Position numbers and translations under genes: made by a program. The notes under the pieces were generated by a model. It was not told where the DNA came from. It did not search any database and was given only the letters and a program-made list of their open reading frames with translations. A DNA stretch of 62,882 nucleotides, filler included, from Octopus bimaculoides (Eukaryota), in assembly GCF_001194135.2 (NCBI RefSeq). It is 5 parts of 5 records of this genome, joined end to end, with 100 filler letters (N's around TTAATTAATTAA, not from the genome) between each part and the next. Parts side by side here need not be neighbours in the genome. Positions count along the whole stretch, not along the records: positions 1 to 22,171 come from NC_068994.1; 4 more parts are not named here. One strand, 5' to 3'. How positions within the stretch are numbered: position 1 is the first letter of the stretch; every line of letters begins with the position of its first letter. Shown here piece after piece: positions 1-13,272 of this stretch.

Positions 1-100
1 TGTTTTCTGTTGCTCATTGCATCAAATGAACTCTGGCAAGATGTAAGATTGAAGATGGCAATTTGGTTATAGAGAAAGACAAGAGCGTGAAAGATAATGG

Positions 101-170
<70 letters not shown>

Positions 171-1789
171 GAGAGGGAGAGAGAGAAGATATATAAAATG
201 GAAGACAGAATGAGAGAGAACAGAGCTGAGAGAACTGCAAGCTCGTTCATTCACAAACAAATATACGCACATTGACACATGCAGGCACACACATCTCAAG
301 AGAAAGTTGCTGAGGAAACAAGAAAATGTCATCAGAGTATGAATGTGAATGTGTGGAGAAAAGGCGGGGATGGGTGAAGATTCTTCGCTTGTATATCTGT
401 ATCTCAATGTTTTATACACAGAAAATATACATAGAAGCTTAAAGATACGCACCAATACAAAACATACACCACTTCATATACACTCTTCACACGCAAATGC
501 AAATGTACACACATATGAATGTATCCATAAATACACACATATCCATGTATTTACACGCATATGTATTTGTGTGTGTGTGCATATTTATAAACACACACAC
601 ACACATACATTTATATATTTTTTCTTGCACAAACAGCATATATTAGGAAAATCTAAGATATATTTAACGTGCTTAGAAACTGCAGATTGCAGCGGTTCCA
701 CTGTGGTAGTAAACAGACGGAAAGGTATGTCGTTATTCTCTTCGCAAATAGAAAAATAGGGAAATTGGTCTCGCCTGTTTCCTGGCTAATTGACTACCCT
801 AATGGTATGAAGAATTAGGACTTCTCACCTTTATGATATGAAGCAATGGCTATTCTACGCAATGGCTATTTATATTGGTCACAATCTAGTAGTTATTTAA
901 CTACTAGATTACATAAATAAGTTCAGAATGCTTTTTAGGCAAAATAAGGGTACCTTGGGAAGAAAATCTATGACAAATCTAGAGTTATTACATTACAGAT
1001 TGTGACGCATACGCTGCAAAAAGTAAAGAATTTATTTATACATTTTGTTATTCATTTTACAAACAGAAAAGCAAGTTTATATATATATANNNNNNNNNNN
1101 NNNNNNNNNNNNNNNNNNNNNNNNNNNNNNNNNNNNNNNNNNNNNNNNNNNNNNNNNNNNNNNNNNNNNNNNNNNNNNNNNNNNNNNNNNNNNNNNNNNN
1201 NNNNNNNNNNNNNNNNNNNNNNNNNNNNNNNNNNNNNNNNNNNNNNNNNNNNNNNNNNNNNNNNNNNNNNNNNNNNNNNNNNNNNNNNNNNNNNNNNNNN
1301 NNNNNNNNNNNNNNNNNNNNNNNNNNNNNNNNNNNNNNNNNNNNNNNNNNNNNNNNNNNNNNNNNNNNNNNNNNNNNNNNNNNNNNNNNNNNNNNNNNNN
1401 NNNNNNNNNNNNNNNNTATATATGTATATGTATATGTATATGTATATTTACGTGCATATATATACATATATATACATATACTATATAATATATTGTTAAT
1501 AATATCAAGAAATCAATACCAGAAAATTCTTCAGGAAGATATATGCGTGTGTAGAATAATTGTTGTATTAAAAATATAAATATATATAAATATATGTAAA
1601 TGTGTATAAGTACAAATATATAATAATGAATATGACAGTTTAAAAGTTTCGAATTAAGTTTTTAAAGCATCTAATGATCGTTTCGCAGCAGATAGAATAA
1701 TATTAATTTAAACCAGCGGACAGCATACATAGAAAAAACATCTGAGGACTACAAATTATATTTAAATATATGAATAAGAGGAAAGACAC

Positions 1790-1982
1790 TAGGTGTCTTC
1801 CTAATTTGTTGAAAATAGACGTTAAATTGTCTTACCACGAAAAATATGTTCTCAAATTGGCAGGACGCTAGATGTATTCATTTGTCTTGCTCGCAAACAT
1901 CTAGCATCTTGCCAATTTGAGAACATATTTTTCGTGGTAAGACGATTTAACGTCTATTTCTAGCATATTAGGAAGCCACCTA
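1790..1982. mobile_element. Foldback MITE-like element flanked by TA
   Basis: 86-nt arms (1790-1875 and 1897-1982) are reverse complements with 8 mismatches around a 21-nt loop. Ends read TA-GGTG...CACC-TA. Confidence 0.7.
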
Positions 1983-2148
1983 ATAGTATTTCCTCTTATT
2001 CATATATATATATATGTGTGTGTTTGTGTGCATGTATATACATATAGCTATATATATACATACATATATATATTTACATAAATATATATATGTATGTATA
2101 TTTACATATGTATATATAAGTATATATATTTGCACACTCACACAACCA

Positions 2149-2202
<54 letters not shown>

Positions 2203-3578
2203 CATGGGTAACTGCTCAGAAACCCGGGTTAGTGTGTACCACGTAAGGCTAGAGATGGGAGCGATGACCTCCCCTCGCAAATACTAATCGGACGTAGACA
2301 GTGTGTCGTTAGCCAGCTGGAAGAGAGGTTTTCCTGAGACTAAAAACAACAGTAACATCGTCCTTTATCGGACCGCCACATTTAGTTGCCAATATATTTT
2401 ACGATTCCGTTCTGTTACTGTCTACCTCTCGCTCTGAGATTTAATATAGCCTATATATACATATGCGCGCACGCGTGTGTTTACACGCATATACATATCT
2501 AAGGACATACATACTCAGTATATCGCATCCAAAAGATTGGATGTGATTCTTGTGCCCATGAAAATTACCTTAATGCAGACCTAAGTGAATCAGATAACAC
2601 GCACACAGAGACACAGACACACAGACTCGTACACACAAAGACATACAGAGAGGCATACACAGACACATACACATAAACACACACACAAAGATATACATGT
2701 CTGCTAAAAAATACACATGTATATGTATATGTGTGTGTGTGGGTGTGTGAGTGTGTGTGTGCGTGTGTGAGAGTGTGTGTATATTACGTAAGCATGTATG
2801 TATGTATGTATGTATCTATCTATCTATCTCCATCTCTCTCTATATATATAGGAGACCAAATTTCATATATATATATATATATATACACACGCGTGTGTTT
2901 TTGTTTGTGTGTGCGTGTTTCTATATATATATATNNNNNNNNNNNNNNNNNNNNNNNNNNNNNNNNNNNNNNNNNNNNNNNNNNNNNNNNNNNNNNNNNN
3001 NNNNNNNNNNNNNNNNNNNNNNNNNNNNNNNNNNNNNNNNNNNNNNNNNNNNNNNNNNNNNNNNNNNNNNNNNNNNNNNNNNNNNNNNNNNNNNNNNNNN
3101 NNNNNNNNNNNNNNNNNNNNNNNNNNNNNNNNNNNNNNNNNNNNNNNNNNNNNNNNNNNNNNNNNNNNNNNNNNNNNNNNNNNNNNNNNNNNNNNNNNNN
3201 NNNNNNNNNNNNNNNNNNNNNNNNNNNNNNNNNNNNNNNNNNNNNNNNNNNNNNNNNNNNNNNNNNNNNNNNNNNNNNNNNNNNNNNNNNNNNNNNNNNN
3301 NNNNNNNNNNNNNNNNNNNNNNNNNNNNNNNNNNNNNNNNNNNNNNNNNNNNNNNNNNNNNNNNNNNNNNNNNNNNNNNNNNNNNNNNNNNNNNNNNNNN
3401 NNNNNNNNNNNNNNNNNNNNNNNNNNNNNNNNNNNNNNNNNNNNNNNNNNNNNNNNNNNNNNNNNNNNNNNNNNNNNNNNNNNNNNNNNNNNNNNNNNNN
3501 NNNNNNNNNNNNNNNNNNNNNNNNNNNNNNNNNNNNNNNTAATACCCCCTCTCTGTCACTCTGTCACTCTCTCAATCA

Positions 3579-3646
<68 letters not shown>

Positions 3647-4250
3647 ATCTGTCTGTCTGTCTGTCTCTTTTCTATCTCTCTGTTCATTTAAGTATTTATT
3701 TCTCTCGAAACTAGGTCTTTTGAAGTTTCTCTTTGGGACAGTCTTCATACCTGCATATTTGTATGTATATCTACCTGCATGTCTGATAGTCTTTCTTATT
3801 TTTAGAGCCTATCCTTGATTGTTATTTGGTGAATATGATAGATTCCAACTCCACAGGTGAAGATAATATTAATAAATCAGGTATTTATGATGTATGGTAT
3901 TTGATGAGCCTGTATTTGTGTACTTTGTTCACATACGTGCCACGGGCCAGTGAATAACTTCTCTCATCTCATTTGTGTATCTATATCCATCCTGTTATTT
4001 TTTAAATTTTACCTGTTTCATTCCTTAGACTACGGTCATACTGGGGCACCGTATTCAAGAACTTTTATTTGAATGTATCGAACTCAGTACTTATTCTTTT
4101 AAGGCTGATACTTATTTTATCTATCTCTTTTGCCGAACCGCTAATTTACGGGGACTTAAACACAGCAGCACCGGTTGTCAAGCGGTGGGAAGAGCATACA
4201 GACAGAAATGTATACAAGCACATACACACACGCACAAACACCGAGATTAC

Positions 4251-4616
4251 AAGTCGATTACATCGACCCCAGTGCGTAACTGGTACATATTTAATCGACG
4301 CCGAAAGGATGAAAGGCAATGTCGACCTCGGCGGAGTTTGAAGTCAGAACGTAACGGCAGACGAAGTACCGCTAAGCATTTCGGCCGGCGTGCTAACGTT
4401 CCTTATTTCTTTACTGCCCAGAATGGGCTACACACAGAAGGGACAAACAAGGACAGACAAACGGATTAAGTCAATTATATCGACCCCAGTGCGTAACAGG
4501 TACTTATTTAATTGACCCCCGAAAGGATGAAAGGCAAAGTCGACCTCAGAACGTAGCGGCAGACGAAATACCGCTAAGCATTTCGCCCGACGTGCTAACG
4601 TTTCTACCAGCTCGCC
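4251..4616 (-). mobile_element. Two tandem SINE family A copies (4251-4400, 4411-4616)
   Basis: Each contains aaaggatgaaaggcaa..gtcgacctc...agaacgta...accgctaagcatttcg..cg.cgtgctaacg. Confidence 0.8.
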
Positions 4617-5900
4617 TGGAGACATGACTATTGTTTACATCTCTGTGTTTGTATGTGTGTGTGTGCGCGCGCGCGTGGGTGCGTGCGTTCGTGTGCGGGT
4701 ACACTCCACCAGTACAATCCTGCAGGTACAATCCACCTGTATACCTCGTTTCACTCAAACTGGAAGCTACACAAAACGACATCTTCCCCAAAATGCTACA
4801 ACTTGGGCAAACGGCATATTCTGCGTCACGAACCTTGGACTTTGGAACATGTGGTCATACTCTGCGTACATACATGCATGCATACATACATACATACATA
4901 CATACATACATACATACAAAGCATTATAGCTATATACGTACATAAATGCATGCATACCGTTCATACAAATACATACACGCATACATACTTGAAATGCATT
5001 CATACATATATCCATACATACATTTATGTACCTGCATGTATATATTTATATAGCATATGTGTGTGTGTGTCTATACATACACACGCATAAGCACGCAGAC
5101 ATACAAGCACACAGAGACATACAAACACATACAGGCATAATACACACGAAAGTATGTATGTATGTAGTATGNNNNNNNNNNNNNNNNNNNNNNNNNNNNN
5201 NNNNNNNNNNNNNNNNNNNNNNNNNNNNNNNNNNNNNNNNNNNNNNNNNNNNNNNNNNNNNNNNNNNNNNNNNNNNNNNNNNNNNNNNNNNNNNNNNNNN
5301 NNNNNNNNNNNNNNNNNNNNNNNNNNNNNNNNNNNNNNNNNNNNNNNNNNNNNNNNNNNNNNNNNNNNNNNNNNNNNNNNNNNNNNNNNNNNNNNNNNNN
5401 NNNNNNNNNNNNNNNNNNNNNNNNNNNNNNNNNNNNNNNNNNNNNNNNNNNNNNNNNNNNNNNNNNNNNNNNNNNNNNNNNNNNNNNNNNNNNNNNNNNN
5501 NNNNNNNNNNNNNNNNNNNNNNNNNNNNNNNNNNNNNNNNNNNNNNNNNNNNNNNNNNNNNNNNNNNNNNNNNNNNNNNNNNNNNNNNNNNNNNNNNNNN
5601 NNNNNNNNNNNNNNNNNNNNNNNNNNNNNNNNNNNNNNNNNNNNNNNNNNNNNNNNNNNNNNNNNNNNNNNNNNNNNNNNNNNNNNNNNNNNNNNNNNNN
5701 NNNNNNNNNNNNNNNNNNNNNNNNNNNNNNNNNNNNNNNNNNNNNNNNNNNNNNNNNNNNNNNNNNNNNNNNNNNNNNNNNNNNNNNNNNNNNNNNNNNN
5801 NNNNNNNNNNNNNNNNNNNNNNNNNNNNNNNNNNNNNNNNNNNNNNNNNNNNNNNNNNNNNNNNNNNNNNNNNNNNNNNNNNNNNNNNNNNNNNNNNNNN

Positions 5901-5951
<51 letters not shown>

Positions 5952-6147
5952 ACTCTCTGTTACTCTCTTTCTCCTTTTCTCTTTCCCTCCTCTGTATTTC
6001 TATTTCTAACTTACTGAAAACAGTCTCTCACTCGTTTTCTCGCTTTAATATGTCGATCTTCTTTCGTCTCTCTTTTCCAGTTTCTCTTTCATGTTAATTA
6101 CGCGTGTATGTACGTATGCATATTAGCATCTTTGTTCACACGCGCAT

Positions 6148-6231
<84 letters not shown>

Positions 6232-6516
6232 ACACTCACACACACACACACACACAAACACACGCATGCACACAAACACACAGATACACACGCAAGCACA
6301 TATACACATATATGCACACCTATGGTTGTGCGCGTGAATTGATGTATATATATGTATATTTTGCTTCACTGTATAAATGTATATACATATTTATGCATGT
6401 GTATCTATATGTATATTTGCGCATTGATTTGTATAAGTATATATGGACAGATACATACACATAGTTACGTGCATACATACATACATGCATACATACATAC
6501 ATAAACCCCTCTTTAT

Positions 6517-6576
<60 letters not shown>

Positions 6577-7045
6577 NNNNNNNNNNNNNNNNNNNNNNNN
6601 NNNNNNNNNNNNNNNNNNNNNNNNNNNNNNNNNNNNNNNNNNNNNNNNNNNNNNNNNNNNNNNNNNNNNNNNNNNNNNNNNNNNNNNNNNNNNNNNNNNN
6701 NNNNNNNNNNNNNNNNNNNNNNNNNNNNNNNNNNNNNNNNNNNNNNNNNNNNNNNNNNNNNNNNNNNNNNNNNNNNNNNNNNNNNNNNNNNNNNATATAT
6801 ATATCGAACTGTGTAGATGAGTGCTCAACACACATGCTTATAAGTTACCTCCCATGATTTGTATATTTATTTATCTCAAAATCCCTTTCAGTCTCGTGTA
6901 GCTTCGTATATTCTCATCCAAGATGGAGACAAATACCAACATTTCATGTGGCAGGCTTGATGATTGCTGAGAGAATTCTCTCGGCATTCAACTAACCATA
7001 GAGTTGTTAGGTAACACACTAATTATCCCTTGTCCTTAATAACTC

Positions 7046-7928
7046 TTTCCAATTTTGGCACAAAGCCATCAATTTTAGGGGAGAGAGTTGTTGAATACAT
7101 TGACCCAATGCTTGACTGCTATCCTATTTTATTGATACCGAAAGGATGAAAGGTAAAGTCGACCTCTGTGGCATTTGAACTCAGAATATAAAGATCTCTT
7201 AATAACAGTTTCAAATTTTGCCAGAAGGACAGTAGTTTTGGAGGAGGGTAAATCGATCCCCCAGTGTTCAACTGGTACTTAATTTATCGATCTCGAAGAG
7301 ATGAAAGGCAAAGTCGACCTCGGCAGAATTCGAACTCAGAACGGAGCGACGGGCGAAATTCCGCTAAGCATTTCGCTCGGCGTGCCAGCTCGCCGCCCTA
7401 AGATCTCTTAATGACATCAGGTGACATACAGTAAATGACACAATGGATTATTAACCTTAGATTCAGTACGAATATCAGAACAAAATGTGATGGCCATGGT
7501 TGGAGTGCCTTTCTTCATCTAACAACTGCTCCGTAACAGTTCATGTGAGCTATAAAGAACAGTAACAACGAGAGAAGAAATATAAATGCATAAAAAAATA
7601 AAATGTAGAAGAAAATTAACAAAGAGACGAGTTTAGACACTGGCTGGTGTGAATATTCTCATGCTCTTGCAAATTAACAGCGATCAGAACGCACACACCA
7701 TCAGAATACATGCATTTGAAAACAAATATAACAACAACAATAATAATCCTTTTTACTATAGGCACAAGGCCTGAAATTTGGTGAGAGGGGCTAAGTCGAT
7801 TTCAACGACTTCGAAAGGAGGAAAGGCAAAGTCGACCTCGGCAGTATTTGATCTCAGAATGTAAAAACGAGTGAAACGCTGCTAAGCATTTTGCCCGGCG
7901 TGCTAATGATTCAGCCGGCTCGTCGCCT

Positions 7929-7929
<1 letters not shown>
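7046..7929 (-). mobile_element. Three SINE family A copies (7046-7186, 7207-7399, 7747-7929)
   Basis: Recurrent gaaagg..aaagtcgacctc..gcatttgaactcagaa motif; heads end in cgccgccta/cgtcgcctta. Confidence 0.78.
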
Positions 7930-7931
<2 letters not shown>

Positions 7932-8004
<73 letters not shown>

Positions 8005-8051
8005 TAATAATAATAACACAACAACAACAACAACAACAACAATAATAATAA
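7932..8051 (+). repeat. (TAA)n/(CAA)n microsatellite upstream of the R4-like fragment; a matching (TAA)n lies at 10396-10455
   Basis: Read directly from the sequence. Confidence 0.95.
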
Positions 8052-8750
8052 NNNNNNNNNNNNNNNNNNNNNNNNNNNNNNNNNNNNNNNNNNNNNNNNN
8101 NNNNNNNNNNNNNNNNNNNNNNNNNNNNNNNNNNNNNNNNNNNNNNNNNNNNNNNNNNNNNNNNNNNNNNNNNNNNNNNNNNNNNNNNNNNNNNNNNNNN
8201 NNNNNNNNNNNNNNNNNNNNNNNNNNNNNNNNNNNNNNNNNNNNNNNNNNNNNNNNNNNNNNNNNNNNNNNNNNNNNNNNNNNNNNNNNNNNNNNNNNNN
8301 NNNNNNNNNNNNNNNNNNNNNNNNNNNNNNNNNNNNNNNNNNNNNNNNNNNNNNNNNNNNNNNNNNNNNNNNNNNNNNNNNNNNNNNNNNNNNNNNNNNN
8401 NNNNNNNNNNNNNNNNNNNNNNNNNNNNNNNNNNNNNNNNNNNNNNNNNNNNNNNNNNNNNNNNNNNNNNNNNNNNNNNNNNNNNNNNNNNNNNNNNNNN
8501 NNNNNNNNNNNNNNNNNNNNNNNNNNNNNNNNNNNNNNNNNNNNNNNNNNNNNNNNNNNNNNNNNNNNNNNNNNNNNNNNNNNNNNNNNNNNNNNNNNNN
8601 NNNNNNNNNNNNNNNNNNNNNNNNNNNNNNNNNNNNNNNNNNNNNNNNNNNNNNNNNNNNNNNNNNNNNNNNNNNNNNNNNNNNNNNNNNNNNNNNNNNN
8701 NNNNNNNNNNNNNNNNNNNNNNNNNNNNNNNNNNNNNNNNNNNNNNNNNN

Positions 8751-9494
8751 AGAACTGGATGCGGATGCAAATGTTACGGCAAAACAATCAGCCACCTTTT
8801 ATATATGGATGACCTAAAATTATACGCTAGAAATGATAAACAGCTGGAGACACTACTACAGACAGTACATGGATTTACCAAAGAAATAGATATGAAATTT
8901 GGAATAGAAAAATGTGCCAAAGCAACTCTGAAAAGATGAAAACTAGTTAAGATTAGCAACATCACACTTAATAAAGCCAACGAAATAAGAGAATTAGACC
9001 AAAACCAAACATACAAATATTTAGGAATCAATGAACTAGATATGATACAACACACACAAATAAAAGAGAAAATAAAGAAAGAATACTATGGACGAGTTAG
9101 ATCAATACTGAGAACAGAGCTCAATGCTAAAAACAAGATAATAGGTATTAACACTTTAGCCGTCCGAGTTATAAATTACAGCTACAATATCCTTAATTTG
9201 ACACTAAATGAACTAACCAAAAGAGACATGAAAGCAAGAAAAATAATGCCAGGATCTAGGATGCACCACCCAAAATCTAACAAAGAAAGGCTATATATAC
9301 AACGTATAAAAGGTGGTAGAGGCCTTATACAGCTGGAAAACTATTATAAAATAACCATCATAGGACTGCAAAAATACCTACTTCAGAAGCAAGGAAAACA
9401 AATAGCCACAAAACACGAGCAAAACAAAAACTGTTTTCAGTATTTAAGGAAGCTGACAAATACAAACAAGAAGTCATACTACCTAACAAATATA
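8751..9494 (+). mobile_element. R4/Dong-like (RLE-type) non-LTR retrotransposon RT fragment, bounded by gaps
   Basis: Single frame from 8751: SHLLYMDDLKLYA...MKFGIEKCAKA...TYKYLG...LNAKNKIIGINTLAV, with one in-frame TGA at 8937-8939. The YMDDLKL, KFG..KC and NK...INT.AV signature is typical of R4/Dong-type RTs. Confidence 0.8.
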
Positions 9495-10395
9495 NNNNNN
9501 NNNNNNNNNNNNNNNNNNNNNNNNNNNNNNNNNNNNNNNNNNNNNNNNNNNNNNNNNNNNNNNNNNNNNNNNNNNNNNNNNNNNNNNNNNNNNNNNNNNN
9601 NNNNNNNNNNNNNNNNNNNNNNNNNNNNNNNNNNNNNNNNNNNNNNNNNNNNNNNNNNNNNNNNNNNNNNNNNNNNNNNNNNNNNNNNNNNNNNNNNNNN
9701 NNNNNNNNNNNNNNNNNNNNNNNNNNNNNNNNNNNNNNNNNNNNNNNNNNNNNNNNNNNNNNNNNNNNNNNNNNNNNNNNNNNNNNNNNNNNNNNNNNNN
9801 NNNNNNNNNNNNNNNNNNNNNNNNNNNNNNNNNNNNNNNNNNNNNNNNNNNNNNNNNNNNNNNNNNNNNNNNNNNNNNNNNNNNNNNNNNNNNNNNNNNN
9901 NNNNNNNNNNNNNNNNNNNNNNNNNNNNNNNNNNNNNNNNNNNNNNNNNNNNNNNNNNNNNNNNNNNNNNNNNNNNNNNNNNNNNNNNNNNNNNNNNNNN
10001 NNNNNNNNNNNNNNNNNNNNNNNNNNNNNNNNNNNNNNNNNNNNNNNNNNNNNNNNNNNNNNNNNNNNNNNNNNNNNNNNNNNNNNNNNNNNNNNNNNNN
10101 NNNNNNNNNNNNNNNNNNNNNNNNNNNNNNNNNNNNNNNNNNNNNNNNNNNNNNNNNNNNNNNNNNNNNNNNNNNNNNNNNNNNNNNNNNNNNNNNNNNN
10201 NNNNNNNNNNNNNNNNNNNNNNNNNNNNNNNNNNNNNNNNNNNNNNNNNNNNNNNNNNNNNNNNNNNNNNNNNNNNNNNNNNNNNNNNNNNNNNNNNNNN
10301 NNNNNNNNNNNNNNNNNNNNNNNNNNNNNNNNNNNNNNNNNNNNNNNNNNNNNNNNNNNNNNNNNNNNNNNNNNNNNNNNNNNNNNNNNNNNNNN

Positions 10396-10455
<60 letters not shown>

Positions 10456-10456
<1 letters not shown>

Positions 10457-10644
10457 CTCTCAAAGTTTAGCACAATGCCAGCAAGTTCGGGGAGAGGATA
10501 AGTCGATTACATCGACTGCAGTACTCAAAACAATGATAGTTAAAGTCGACCTCGGCGGCATTTGAACTCAGAACGTAAGAACGGACGAAATGCCGCTATA
10601 CATTAAACCCGGCTTGCTGACGATTCTGCCAGCTCACTGCCTTA
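10456..10644 (-). mobile_element. SINE family A copy with (TAA)n on its tail side
   Basis: aagtcgacctcggcggcatttgaactcagaacgta...gattctgccagctcactgcctta. Confidence 0.72.
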
Positions 10645-11033
10645 GTAGTAACAACAACAACAACAACAACAACAATAAGAAGAAGAAGAAAGAAATAAAA
10701 AACGCAAGAAAATTTGTATATATTTTTATATATTTATAGAAGCAGTTATATTTTCTCTTTCAGACATACACACACCAATGTAAATCAGCACACAAATTCG
10801 TGTACACTAAGTGTGCGTGAGCGTGTGTGTGTATATGTGTATATGTGTGTATATAAATACACTGATACATATGTAAATCACAAATTATGTACAGTCCTCG
10901 CAGGAACGTATGCTTAACATGAAATAACAAGAAAATATATAAATAAAAAAAAATTGAACAAGAGCAGATATATATATACATACATACATGTATAATGTAA
11001 TTATATTCACATATATATATGTATATATATACA

Positions 11034-11067
<34 letters not shown>

Positions 11068-12642
11068 NNNNNNNNNNNNNNNNNNNNNNNNNNNNNNNNN
11101 NNNNNNNNNNNNNNNNNNNNNNNNNNNNNNNNNNNNNNNNNNNNNNNNNNNNNNNNNNNNNNNNNNNNNNNNNNNNNNNNNNNNNNNNNNNNNNNNNNNN
11201 NNNNNNNNNNNNNNNNNNNNNNNNNNNNNNNNNNNNNNNNNNNNNNNNNNNNNNNNNNNNNNNNNNNNNNNNNNNNTGTGTATATAAATACACTGATACA
11301 TATGTAAATCACAAATTATGTACAGTCCTCGCAGGAACGTATGCTTAACATGAAATAACAAGAAAATATATAAATAAAAAAAAATTGAACAAGAGCAGAT
11401 ATATATATACATATGCACATATATTTATACATTCAGACGTATATATACATGTGAGTGTGTGAGTATGTGTAAGTAAATATATGACTTTAATTTTCGTGTA
11501 TTTATGTAGTTTCCTTTCCATTTTCCACAATTTCTTATTTATTTTATTTGTTTGCTTTTTTTTTATGCTTTGTAATTTTTATTCAGTCTCATCTATATTT
11601 ATTTCATCAACGTTTCAAGGTAGCGTGACACTACTTTCAGCTTGATCGGCCAGAGGAAGTGAAAGTAGACTGTTGTCTTTTTGTTGCTATATCCGCCATT
11701 ATTATAGTCACATTCAATGAGATTTCGGATGATTGTGATAACTGGTTTCATTGGGAACTACTTGTATTTCTCTTGTATGGCTTTAATATGGTTGCCGTTG
11801 CTGTTGTCTGGTTCGTATCTCCAGTCAGTCGAATTCCTTTCACTGTGTTATTACTACCGTTTTTGTTGCTGCAGTTGGTTTTGCTGTTGTTTCTGCTGAT
11901 CATGGTTTATTTAGTCACATGTCAACACTGATCGACCAGGACTATTATTTCTGCATGACCGTCTCGTGTTTTATTCAAATATACTTTATATATGAGTAAA
12001 TTATCTAAAATGAAGACCTACATATTTATTCTTAGTATGTTGCGACAGATTTGATCGTGAAAATGCTAATTGCTGCTGACTTTCGCACAGGAGAAAAACT
12101 GCTCCTTTACGATGCTTGTGTGTTCATGGCGCACTCGATTCGTTAGTGCAAGAAATTCTGGGGCCTCTGGTGTATCGACATCGGCGTGTCATGCCAGATA
12201 GAGATAAACCTGCATTAAGGAATCTAACAAGAGGCAAAAAACTTGCTTTTTAACTTCAGAGAAGAATCTGCTTGCTAGATTGGTTCTTAACAGATTCATT
12301 AATCCGACATTCGTCGTAAAGGAGTAATTCTTCTCAACAGCGATTTCCATATTCACGTTCGAACCTGCCGATTCTCATTGTTCACCGTCGATACGATGAT
12401 ATATTATCTAAAATATTCTTCCATATTTTAAGCTGTATATGATTCTAACACTTGTGGCTGATCAAATTATATTTTATCAAAATAACTAGGTAAGATAGTT
12501 CCCTATTTCGAGTGCATTGTTACATTGAGGTAAAGTTTGACACAAGGATACCCGCTCTAAAATGTGTGTCATTACTCGTTTACTTCATGTTATTATTATT
12601 AGGTGTATCGTTCTTTTATTTAAAATGATTTTATTTTAATAG

Positions 12643-12790
12643 GTACTGTGGTAAACTACCGGGCGTTGTGGACTACAGAATTGTATAAGTGTTTGTTACT
12701 TGCCAATCAAAGACGAGGAACAAAATCGAGTCCAGCAAAAGATTTGAATGTAGCTTCGAGAGAGAAAACGACAGATAGAAAAGCAGAGAG
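12643..12790 (+). other. Candidate spliced exon of 148 nt (UTR, lncRNA or unknown coding)
   Basis: Acceptor gattttattttaatAG| and consensus donor GAG|GTAAGT in non-repetitive sequence. One frame is open (TVVNYRALWTTELYKCLLLANQRRGTKSSPAKDLNVASREKTTDRKAE). Confidence 0.4.
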
Positions 12791-13176
12791 GTAAGTACGT
12801 TGGTAGATATATATATATATATATATATATANNNNNNNNNNNNNNNNNNNNNNNNNNNNNNNNNNNNNNNNNNNNNNNNNNNNNNNNNNNNNNNNNNNNN
12901 NNNNNNNNNNNNNNNNNNNNNNNNNNNNNNNNNNNNNNNNNNNNNNNNNNNNNNNNNNNNNNNNNNNNNNNNNNNNNNNNNNNNNNNNNNNNNNNNNNNN
13001 NNNNNNNNNNNNNNNNNNNNNNNNNNNNNNNNNNNNNNNNNNNNNNNNNNNNNNNNNNNNNNNNNNNNNNNNNNNNNNNNNNNNNNNNNNNNNNNNNNNN
13101 NNNNNNNNAGGCAGACAGACAGACAGACAGATAGATAGATGAATAGCTAGATAGACAGAGAGAGAGACAGACAGAC

Positions 13177-13272
<96 letters not shown>

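Noticed and set aside
677-729. Possible small plus-strand exon ending GAAAG|GTATGT
   Set aside because: Weak acceptor, no homology and no partner exon.
2203-2212. ATGG|GTAACT (and ATGG|GTACAA at ~22427) as the Pax1/9 start exon
   Set aside because: Both arise where a TA/CA microsatellite meets a GGGTA-starting repeat, with no promoter or UTR context.
10846-11413. ~135-bp exact direct repeat (10846-10982 and 11277-11413)
   Set aside because: Identical copies on either side of a short gap most likely reflect an unmerged contig overlap or haplotype duplication.
11659-11931. 90-aa hydrophobic ORF resembling a membrane protein
   Set aside because: It is the antisense shadow of a CAA/CAG-rich strand, starts at GTG, and has no splice or homology support.
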